From contig CM082594.2 of assembly GCA_040954595.2 (NCBI GenBank), forward strand, positions 84,208-148,207: a stretch of 64,000 bases of DNA, in the 5' to 3' direction. Under the pieces are notes generated by a model, which saw only the letters and a list, made by a program, of their open reading frames with translations, did no database searches and had not been told where the DNA came from. Shown here one piece after another: positions 12,001 to 22,695 of this stretch; positions within the stretch are counted from its first letter, which is position 1, and every line of letters starts with the position of its first letter. Made by a program: the position numbers and the translations under genes. This DNA is from Balanoglossus misakiensis (lineage: Eukaryota > Animalia > Hemichordata).

Positions 12001-13195
12001 TGTATATTGTAGTGTCCAAACACTAGTGAGCATCTATACTTTATACATTCTGTAAAATGACGTAATGCAACATTCGGGTCATTATGAATAAAATGCGTGA
12101 ATGAGGCTAGGCACTCTCACTCTTACATGCCGGACTTGGTGTCTCATGTTGTCATTATTGCCCACCAACAATTCTATATTTGGCGACGAGGACGGAGAAC
12201 ATGGAGAATCAGCTAGCCGTCAATGCCGAGTTTTCCTGTTCATTCAGACCCGACAACCACCAGTACGAGATGGAAAAAGTACATGGTTAGAGTAGAAAAC
12301 GCATTTGTCGCATTCAACATTACAGATGACAAGCGACAACGTGCACTGCTATTGCACTGGGCAGGTGAGGAAGTTTCCGACTTCTTTGATACTCTACCAG
12401 ATACAGGAACGAGCTGTGAAACAGCCAAATTAAAGCTTACGTCGTACTTCTCACCCAAACGGAACATTGAATACGAACGATTCATCTTCAGAGACACCAT
12501 ACAAAACAACGGCGAATCGATTGATGCCTATCACACTTGTTTGCAACGCCTAGCAGAAACATATGTGACTTCACCAATAAGGATCAAGAGGTCAAATCAC
12601 AAATCATACGAGGATTCACATCAGCCCGTCTCAGACGTCGTGCTCTTTGGGAGGAGACGACACTAGAGAATCTACTGAGTACAGCCCGTTCATTTGAGGT
12701 ATCAGAGGTTCAGGCTAGTGGGATTGAGGAGAAACCCCATAATAATGGTGCAGACACGGCATCTGTGAATGCGGTCAGAAAACAGCGCCATCAACGCCCG
12801 AAACCCAATAAACAAAAGAGAGCTCATCAGCAGCCAGCGAAAGGACCGTCCACTTGTTATTATTGTGGTGGCACCTATCCACATGACTCAGTATGTCCAG
12901 CTAAAGGCAAGTCATGCAGGAAGTGTGGCAAACCTAACCATTTTGCCAAATGCTACCGATCAAAAGGCAAGGCAAATAGGGTAGACAAGGATGAAACTGT
13001 CAAAGCTGTGCATAAAGTGGAAGACAGCTCGGGAGATGAATACTGCTTCACTCTACAACAATCAAATGGTAGGAGGCCTCGAGTAACAGTGCAGATAGAA
13101 CAAACAGCAGTTGCCTCACTGATCGACCCTGGTTCTACAATAAACATGATGAGTGTAAACACATACAACAACCTAAAGAACAAACCCATGTGGCA
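12001..13195 (+). mobile_element. Truncated Ty3/Gypsy LTR retrotransposon (putative 5' LTR, PBS, gag, degenerate protease), copy 1
   Basis: Gag-like QRALLLHWAGEEV...YFSPKRNIEYERFIF, paired zinc knuckles CYYCGGTYPHDSVCPAKGKSCRKCGKPNHFAKC, and protease site LIDPGS (DTG>DPG). Frameshifted; no RT or integrase. LTR start is approximate. Confidence 0.9.
12181..12195 (+). other. Primer-binding site, tRNA-Ser(GCU) type
   Basis: TGGCGACGAGGACGG just upstream of gag is near-complementary to the tRNA-Ser(GCU) 3' end (..CCATCCTCGTCGCCA). Confidence 0.75.
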
Positions 13196-14699
13196 AACAG
13201 AAAGCCCGTTTTACCACTGCCAGCAGTGCATTATTGAGTATTTTAGCATCGCTGGATTTAGCTCTCGTCCAATCAGAATTGCGGACGGTAGCATGATATA
13301 ATATAATTGAGAATAAATCTCACGACAAGTGTACAGTTTGACAATGTACACAGATAATCCGTTTTAACAATGTTTCCTTTGTAGTGTGAATAAAACTGCA
13401 CACTTTGCAAGTTTTCAACTTCAAAACACTATGGCTATTGCAGAGACAAAGCTGCTAATATACAGTGTATACCCGTCATTTTTGTTTGTGGTGAGATTTT
13501 CATTGGCACAGTTGCACAGAGCTCACACAAGAGGAAATTACACTTTCTGTTGAATTCACTGCATCCTGCTAACTTTAAGTCATATATCCAGTGAAACATT
13601 AAGTTATAGAATTTTCCATCGCAGTATTCTGTTTTATATACATGTATAGCAGTCCCACACATATTGATTAATTTGACAAAATAAACTGACTGACAATTTT
13701 CACAGCGCTCCCAGTATAGCATCCTTGGCAGGTGCACGTCAATGCCACACGCGAGGTTAGGGTTGGCAAGTGCTGCCATTTTGACATGGGTTGTTAGCAC
13801 TGATCAATTCCTACGCATGACAGAAAAATGAAGAATTAGGCTATGGGCCGGACCTGCCTATCGTTTCAAAATGCACTCTGTATATTAGGGTCTATTTCTT
13901 TTACATAAAAACAAGTCTTCTTGCTCTAATATGATAAAAGAAAAAAACTTCAACTTAAATATTGCGTCCTCAGAGGTAATATCGAGCCCTAAAAATCAGG
14001 TATGCTAATGCGGTTAAAGGTCGTGCAGTTCTCCTTATAACAAGCGATCTTATTGGTGGTTACGTGACTGCACCAATCACAGAATGCGTTATGTCACTCA
14101 GCAATTACACACACAGGGCAAACTATCAGGCAGCTACATGTATACTAGTATACATGTTACAGAAGATTAAACAGAATTGTTGGTAAGGAAAGTTTGAGCA
14201 GACTAGTCCATTCAATGTAAAAAATGGTGCTGATTCCAAAAAAGTCAGTCTTATTGACCCCTTTCAAGACAAAATTGCCATTTTTGCCACTTTTAACCCA
14301 AAAGGTCATTTAAAAAACACTCAAAACACACTGTTTTCATCACATTCGGAGATCTGATGACATTTGAGGATTATGCGGAAACAGTGACACACCAGAATAA
14401 AAATTACAGGTGACATTTGCAAGCAGATATGATCTGACCATATAGAAATATGGAATGTAAAAACATTAACAAGGAACATGCCCAATAAACTGTCATGTGT
14501 CATGGCAGTCTTACAAGTGGTGCTAGAAAAAAAATGACCAAAAATTGTCTGTACAAACACATATGCGAAGCAACTTCTTTCAGTCAGCCCTGGAACAGAC
14601 ACACACTGACCTGCCACTGGTAATTAAAATTTGATAGCTGGTGGTCTCTGTAACAGCTGGCCTATTTAAGTTATGTAAACATGTCTTTGTTCGAGGTAA

Positions 14700-15740
14700 C
14701 AACTCCTTGTAAATAGTAACTTTAAAAACAACTGGACAATTTGTTTAGGAGAAGATTTGCTAACCAAAAACTAAGAAACTTACCAAAAAAACTCGCTAAA
14801 TATTTAATCTTTCTGATCTCAGAACTGAATAAAAGTTGCACATATACAGGTATGTGTTATGAAATTATAGCCTAAATTTCAAAGCAATCAGAGAAAAAAC
14901 TAATTTCAAAGCAATCCAACAAGCAGTTTCACAGAAAATATTTGTTCAAAAGTGGCAAAAACACAAATATGCAAATATCACCAAAATTGTACAATATCTT
15001 ACTTCAATCACTACAAGGAACATGCTGCCTAAGTTCAATGCAATAGGACAAGCGGTTTCAGAGAAAACAATTTTTGACAAAAATTGCAAAAGTTTCCCCG
15101 ATAACACATTTATGCAAATATCTTTTTTTTTACAACATATTATTTAGGTTACCCCTACGAACATGCCTACCAAATTGGAAAGCAATCTGGCATGAGGTTT
15201 TAAAGAAAAACATTTTTTGACCAAAAATGGCAAATATTGCTCAAAATTATAGATATGCAAATTTTGCAACAATTTGAACAAAACTATGGTTACTTAGACA
15301 ACATTAGGAGGCTTCATACTAAATTTCAAAGACTTTTTACCAATAACATGGAAAAATACAAAAAAATGCAAAAAAAATAGGAAATCGATAATATTAGCTC
15401 AAAACATACAGGATTGTATGAGGTTGATATAAGGTACATGCATACCAATTTTCAAATCAATATGACCAGTGGTTGTCCAGTTTTTGAGTTTTGACCAATT
15501 TCACATTTTCCCAGCTAATTTGCATATTTTTGGCAATGACATCTTCATTTGAACAAACTCCCATCTACAGCCCTGCCTGCATCTACACGCCAAATATCGA
15601 GGTCATACGCGCTGCGGTTTTCAAGTTTTCGATGTGGACGGACATACAGACATACATCCATCCATCCATCCATCCATACATACATACAGACGTAACCAAT
15701 CCCATAAGGTCCCATGGTACATACCAATGGGACCTAAAAA
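14700..15740 (-). mobile_element. Helentron/HINE (DINE-1-like) non-autonomous element remnant, copy 1; left boundary approximate
   Basis: Terminal T5 plus hairpin AGGTCCCAT-GGTA..TACC-A-ATGGGACCT (15707-15735), adjacent (CGGA)/(CATA)/(CATC) microsatellite, and degenerate internal repeats (AAATTTCAAAGCAATC, TATGCAAAT). Confidence 0.6.
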
Positions 15741-15752
15741 CTTGTGACTTAC

Positions 15753-15875
15753 ATGTAACACATGTTTGCCCAGTGTAGCAGGTTGGACAGTTGCAGGTGT
15801 AGATTGAGCAGGAGCCTTGAAGTGGCTGATACACTCCGTTATTCAGACATGGGTTTAAAAGACACTGGTTGATCG
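15753..15875 (-). pseudogene. EGF-like exon a (123 bp); also partial at 1-58
   Basis: tag|..INQCLLNPCLNNGVYQPLQGSCSIYTCNCPTCYTGQTCVT|gtaagt. Third Cys replaced by Tyr. Confidence 0.85.
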
Positions 15876-18800
15876 CTAAGGGTGAGAGAAATGAAAAGTA
15901 TCACATTAGGGTCTTACACACTTGAGTGGGAAGTGAAATCTGTAGCAGACTGTCAGAAGATTGCACATCCGTGTGATCATGTTCATGTGTGAAGGATAAT
16001 GAAGACCACTTGATCCAAGCTTGGTGCTACCATCTTTATCATAATTACAGCATCTTATAATATTTACTAGTTGGGGGTGGGGTGGGGGTAGTTGATGTCA
16101 TAACTTTCTGATGTTTCAATTTACGGTTGGAAAAATAGCAACATCTACTCTGATGAGCATTTGAGTCAATGAAAGTATACATCATGGCTACGGTAGTGCA
16201 TATAAGTCTCTTGGTTAGCTGCACAATCACAGGCAACTTTATTGAGACAATATCAATGACAAAGCCCAGCGATTTCTACTTTGTGCGGCAAATCTGACAC
16301 TGGTTTGCTTACGTTCAGCGCACGTGGTTCCGATGAAACAGCGCGAACTCTGGCATCTGAACTCGGTGCAGGACACTTGCTGGCAGAATCCACTGTTTAG
16401 ACAAGGGTTGGGCTGACACGGATTCAAATCTGTGCACAGAAGAGAAAGTGATATAAATTGTGTACAGTTAATATTTACTACATATACTTTAAACAGATTT
16501 GTGCAGTCAGGGTTGAGTGGTAAAAATCTCAGTTGGTCAACAGAACATCACTGTGACAAATTTCTTCCATGTTCAACAAAAGAAACGTAATGAAATTTTG
16601 ACACAGGTGTAATAGTGTCTTAGTGTACCATACGGTGCAGGTTGTTGTTTGGTCAAATACACAATCCCCTTTTATGGCACACACATTCTTAATAAATTTC
16701 CCCAAAATTGTGTCGTTATTCACTGTTTGATACAGGTTGGAAGAAACCAACTGCAAGCCGATTACGTGTTATGTTATTATGTTCCTCTTCATCTGAAATT
16801 TAAAATCACTCACATGTCTGACATAAATCGCCGGAGTAACAGCTTGTACAGGAGCATGTGAATTCAGTACACCAATTGGGCGTCAGCACACAGTTTCCAC
16901 CATTCTGACACTGGATGGGTTGACACTGGTTGACAGCTGTGGGATGTGCAGTCAAGATATTGTCAAAATTACAGAATCTACAAACTACACTCCACAGTCA
17001 TGTACATGTATACATGACAACAACCAAAGGGCTGTTTTGAAAAACCAAATGCTGTGAAATCCTTTAGAGTGTGACAAGAAACCACAGTTGCAACCGAAAA
17101 CAAAAATAGTGATAACATTAAGCTAGCCCAAAGTTTGAGTTACCAGGGCTTTAATATGTGTACCGTACTTATATTATATAATACATAACAAGTGTTTTGC
17201 ATTGAATAAAATAATATTGGTTTGTACTTACGCATTGTACATGTGGCACCAGTGAAGCATTCGGTACACATACAGTCAAACAGGAAACAGCCGTCTCGCG
17301 CAACGCATGTGCCACCATTTTGACAAGGCATAGAGTATAACTGATCAATGGCTGCCAAAACAAAAATGAAAGTATCAATTACCTGCTTGTCAAAAACTTG
17401 TACATGTACTTGTGATGTTCATTTCGTTTAAATATGTGAGCAATGTCTTCATTCCTTGTTTCAAACCTGTACATTTAAAATAACATAATGATGCTATTGC
17501 TAGGATTTTTCTGTAAGAATCTTGAAAAATTAAAAAATGTGCCGTCAACATGATACAGAAGGCTTTCCTTTTTAACGTGCACCTCACACTCAATTTTGAC
17601 CCTACATCAGCAAATTTTGAAAGGATGAAACTTAGTAATGCTTCCACCCCATTTATTGGTGTATGGGTCCATCTATCACATTGAGAATACCAAAAATGAG
17701 GGTTTATATACCACGCTGTGTCATAAAACAGTAATTCGACACACCTACGGCACAGATGGCCCCAGTCCAACACTACTGGCAGTAACAGGTGTAGTCAGTA
17801 TAAGAATTTGGTGTTTGGGAACAATAGCCTCCATTTTGACACGGATTCTGATCACATGGGTTAATGACTATCAGAAAAAAAATAGTTTAAAAAACATGAA
17901 ATGCAGATGGCTACACCTCAACCAAAGATGATTCCTGCACCACAACAAAATCCTTTGACACAAGCATTATACTGGAACCATACCCAGAACACGCATTAAG
18001 TATATGATGAAGGGACAATGTCTCTATTTTGGGTAATACAGTAAAACCTGTCTTTATGGACACCTCTCTAATCAGAACACCTAGTAAGATTGATTTTTCA
18101 AGCCAAATAGTAAGGATAATTAAGGACGTCTCTTTTACTTAATACTCAGATGTGTGCACCACCTTAGGAGAGATTACCTCATATGCACAATTATCTCTAC
18201 AGACACTAGTCTTCAAGAGGCAACTCTTGTATATTTGAGTGATGAAAACATCCAGCTTCGTACACTTCCTCACAAGTTCGTGCCTATCCTAAATTGCACG
18301 GACATACAAATGAAATTTCTGTTTTCTTTTCTCTTGTGGAAATTTTAGAAATGAGAAGTTACCACACAATTCAATTGCCATGAAGAGAAAGTGCCCAAAA
18401 GATTGTCATTTACGGTACGTCAGAAACTTACATATTTCACAACAGTTACCCTCATAGCAACCAGTACAGGCACAGGTATATGCCGTGCAGGAGTTGGCCA
18501 CTGCATTACATACAGCCCCGTTGAGACAGCTGTTTCGCTGGCATGGATCTTGGACTGCAATAAAAAGTGCAACCTAATGTTATCTCAGCAATATTTACTT
18601 TCAAAATCTGTTTGATAAAAACATCATCATTACCATTACTGTAAATACTGAACGGAACTTCACTTCCAAAAACAACTTGCTCATTCTGGGACGCACTTGT
18701 GGGGCTATGAAAATCTCTGTATATGTATCTTGTGTAGGGAAAATTTTCATGAACGATCAACATTTTTTTCTTCAAATAAACATGTTTTCTTTCAGTTGTA

Positions 18801-19988
18801 CATCATTTTTGAGGTGAACGATTCCCAAGGCCCAAGGTGTGATGCTGAAGATGAAAATATAAAGTATGACCAACAGACAATGTATTGAGACATGATTGTA
18901 AATGTTAGTTCCTGCATGACAAAATGTTTGTTTTAATGAGTTTTACACTGGCTGCAGTGTGTGCCGGTGAAACATCCTGGACAAGTACACTCATAAGTTG
19001 TACACGACAGCCGAGTACACTGCCCATTGTTCAGGCATGGACTTGGCCTACATGGAGTTTGTTCTGTTTCAATGGAATGAAAATAAATAAATAGTAGTGA
19101 CATAAGTTTTTAGGGTATGACCATTTCCTTAATTCCTACAGCTGTGGTTCTATCGGGTTCTCCTATAACTAAGCCTCCTTAATGTATAACTGAACAATAA
19201 GAATTACTTATTATACTTTTGGGAGTTTAGGACTTAGTAATTGCAAAAAAGACTCAATTCCTGAAAGTGCCTATTTGGTTTGTCACATCCTAAATATACA
19301 GGTAATTTCATAGCTGCCAGCTATGACAAATATACCGGTATGAGGGGGGAAAAACAGTTCCTCGTCTGATAAATTTACCTTGGTCACAGGTGATTCCAAT
19401 GATACAGCCTTGACAGCGACAGGTAAACGCACTGCACGATCCACTGATTGGCTCACAGATACCGTTGTTCATGCACGGATTGGGAGAACATTGATCGAGT
19501 CCTGGGGGTTGCATGTAAATCAACCAACAATTGCACATTAACATCACAAGTCATTTCACTATTTTTTCATTCCAAACTTAAAAGATTGCTTGTAACTTGC
19601 TGAACAAATATTCATATGGACAGACTATTCTAGCTTGGAACAGGCAAAATCAAGGGTGCCCTGACGCCCAACTTTTAAGAGCAGTTCATTTACTGAAACT
19701 GCCAGCACCCAATATTATCCCACATGTAATCAATATGTGGAAATCAAATACATCTGTAACAGTTTTAATTTACCATGTGGGTATTTGCATGGAGGGCCAT
19801 GGTATTTGTTACCTACTGATAAAATACCTTTCAAAACAATATCCTCATTTCTTCAGAAGTTTGGCAACAAGACCAATAAAGTTTCACATCAAAATTTACA
19901 ATGTATAAATAAGCTTAAAAGATCTACGGAATGAAGATGGCTTGTTTGTTTGCAGGGTGTCTTGAAAGTATATACTCACTTGTTTGAC

Positions 19989-20874
19989 CATGGACCCTAG
20001 AGAAAGAAGGACGCGCAACTCCAGTTTTTTCTTGAAATGATGTTCTTTTGCATACATTATTTCCAGATAAATCCCAATAATCCAATTTGCAAATAAACTG
20101 TGTATAAACTAACGCAAAGTCTCGTGTTTTGTGTGAAGTTATCACAACACCTCAGAACATCTCGCAGAAGACGAGAAAACTGCAACGTGGTTGAACGCAG
20201 CGATTATTTATGGAACACATCTGGACAAGTTAAACAGGAATTTGAATCTGAGTCTGACAGCGTCCAAAACAAGCATCTTTTGTCTAACAGTCCGGGTATT
20301 TCACAAGGCTGTGAGCTAACCGTACCGAGGGTTGCCTGGCGGCCATAGCGCACACATGATAATCCACCCAGTTTGTTTACAAATTGTTTTCGTGAAATCT
20401 GTTTTATTGTTCACGCACTGCGAAATAAAATGCCCCTAAACCACAATTTTTATTTCAATGCTTCACGCAAACATAACATTATTACGAAAAGTGTCAGCGT
20501 TACTAAGAAATATGAGTGCCCAGTCGGACATGCAAAAAACATGGATGATTTGTTTACAATTTTTAAATGAAGCTTGTGGCACTAGAAATGACCGTTCAAC
20601 CGACAGACGAACACCAAACCATAATAATTAGCACAGACATCGTAATACTTTTAGAATTTTAGAAAAAAACGCAGTGGCTGCTGAAATGCAGTAGTGCCAG
20701 TTTGGTGGCAAGTTTTCGTATCACTGGTGGGGTCGACACGTGCCGAAGTAAGGAAGTCATTGTCCGACTGTCCTGGGTGTTAATTATATACAACAAAAAC
20801 ATCATCATACAGATAATCCCCAAACCCTTTGATCTTTGCCGCAGTTGCTCGCCCTTCTTTCTCTAGGGTCTATG
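19989..20874. mobile_element. P-like MITE, copy 2 (886 bp)
   Basis: Same TIRs and GTTTGAC TSD. Confidence 0.88.
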
Positions 20875-21370
20875 GTTTGACAGATGTCACCTGTGTAAGA
20901 GTTCACACACTGGCATGAATAGAAATTGCACGATGTTTGCTGTGCCTACAACTTATATTAGGCTGGTATCAAGTTGTTCACACCTCCATAGATCACATGG
21001 CAGTGACTGTGAGGCAAGGGCTTCCTTTCATGAAATCAAAGACCTGTGTACTGGAGGAGGGTTCCTTGCAAATGCTTGACTTGACTTCAAGCACACCTGT
21101 AGACTCATATGTAAATTTACACTATCTGGCCTGGAGTGAGAATTTCCATAGTGGATGTGTGTTGACAAAAGGCAGTAAAATTGGCCAGTCGCGCATAATG
21201 TTTCTTGAACCAAGACAATCAAGACATTATGCGCCACGAAAGTGATTTTGATTGGAAAGAGTGTAATCTTGCATTCGATGTCAAGAACTCTCCAAGCTCT
21301 GCTGTGGTGATGGCTACACCTATGCTCAGGAAACATGCAGTATTTGAATGAGACTGCGCTGTATACTTAC

Positions 21371-21493
21371 ATATCTCACACCTATCACCTTTGTAGCAAC
21401 CAGTACATATGCAGGTGAGATCAAAGCAGGAATTTCGAGCCGGTTGACAGAAGCCACCATTCTGGCACGGATTTGGTTGACACTGGTTGAGTC
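21371..21493 (-). pseudogene. EGF-like exon j (123 bp, open, 8 Cys; copies 2 and 4 only)
   Basis: cag|..LNQCQPNPCQNGGFCQPARNSCFDLTCICTGCYKGDRCEI|gtaagt. The second copy is at 53710-53832. Confidence 0.85.
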
Positions 21494-21764
21494 CTGCAAG
21501 GAAAAGGGTCAAATTTTCCATGATCATCAGGGGTGAGTTTCCTTCAAAAATTGTGATGTGACAAACCGACAAATTAGCATATTAGCATAATCAGAATAAA
21601 TAAAAAAAATGCACAGGTAGTTTAAAAGAACAACAACTTTCGAAACGGAATAGAGCTAAGCTGCTATCCCTTTCTATTTTTGTGTTTGTACAACATCAGT
21701 GAAGTTTAAATCATATTAAAAAAATGATAATTATCATTATTAACTGCTACAGATTCAAACTTAC

Positions 21765-21878
21765 TTGTCTCACAACTGGTTCCCTAGTAACACTCTGTGC
21801 ACATGCAAATTGTGGCAGTACAAGAATTTACCTGTTGTTGGCAGGTACCTCCATTGAGACAAGGACTTCATAAGTTGT
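21765..21878 (-). pseudogene. EGF-like exon k (114 bp, two stops; copies 2 and 4 only)
   Basis: cag|..NL*SPCLNGGTCQQQVNSCTATICMCTECY*GTSCET|gtaagt. Confidence 0.8.
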
Positions 21879-21917
21879 CTGAAAACACCAGTTTGCCCAA
21901 TTTTCACTAATGTATAG

Positions 21918-22583
21918 GAATACATGAGAAGTCGGGCAGATTAGAAGTCGGCCAGTTCGCGCGCATGAGAAGTCGGCCAGTATGAGAAGTCGGCCAGTTG
22001 TTGAACTTGTACCCGAATAGTGCAGTAATGACCCAGATTACTTATAACAACACTTAATAAAATATAATTGCACTAAATATTTTCATTTGGACGGATTTCC
22101 CAAATTCTTGACAACACAATGGCGTCATTTCAAATAATGGCGTCTGGCATCCGTACCAGTTCCCCAGCCCCGTATCTGCGTAAGGAGCTTAGGTTGTTCG
22201 CCAAATTCCTGTGACATTTCTGATTAAAGGGAGTTGTTTCAAAGCCTACTAAAATACATAGAAGATGTATGTGTATATTCATACTTTCTGAGACAACACC
22301 AAACAAACAAACAAACAAACGTGACAAGGAACAGACTACTGGCGCAGCTCAAGAAGTGCAGGTGACTGATGTTGACGTACCCCGGTGACGTACATGAAAA
22401 GTGAACAGACAGTTTTAAAATTCATCGGCTATTTGTACAAATATCTCAGCTCCTGTACATCAAGGAAACATTTCGTAGTGAAACAGTTATATATAACACA
22501 AAGTACCAGGGTTCTCTCCCACAGGCCGACTTCTCGTACTGGCCGAGACCGACTTCTCATACTGGTTGACTTCTCAGGACACC
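21918..22583. mobile_element. Non-autonomous DNA transposon with tandem subterminal inverted repeats (MULE/foldback- or hAT-like)
   Basis: Four (G)AGAAGTCGGCCAG-type motifs at the left end and inverted degenerate copies at the right. 8-bp direct repeat ATGTATAG at 21910-21917 and 22584-22591. Confidence 0.8.
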
Positions 22584-22695
22584 ATGTATAGCTAGCTGTT
22601 GAACTCAAAAAAATATGTAAAACTACAAGTGATGTAAACAACTTGTGGAACCATGTTCAAATCGAGACAAGAAGAAAAGGGATTTCAAGACTTAC

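Larger units (their letters stand above)
1..15817. repeat. Tandem ~17-kb unit, copy 1 (phase set arbitrarily at window start)
   Basis: Anchor TGAAGTGGCTGATACACTC recurs at 1, 15818, 32641, 47995 and 63569, and the ORF track repeats in the same order. Private deletions: ~53 bp at ~4850, 1094 bp at 5544/5545, 23 bp at ~10983. Confidence 0.98.
15753..21878 (-). pseudogene. EGF exon cluster of copy 2 (exons a-k; exon i lacks its 5' part)
   Basis: Same exons as copy 1 plus j and k. Confidence 0.85.

Noticed and set aside
12537-13301. 254-aa gag ORF as a domesticated capsid gene
   Set aside because: Gag is split by frameshifts and the protease triad is mutated. ORF retention across copies reflects recent duplication only.
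13210-13310. CCAATCAGAAT...AGCATGATATAA, resembling the end of a Crypton-like non-autonomous repeat
   Set aside because: No matching opposite end found; resemblance from memory only.
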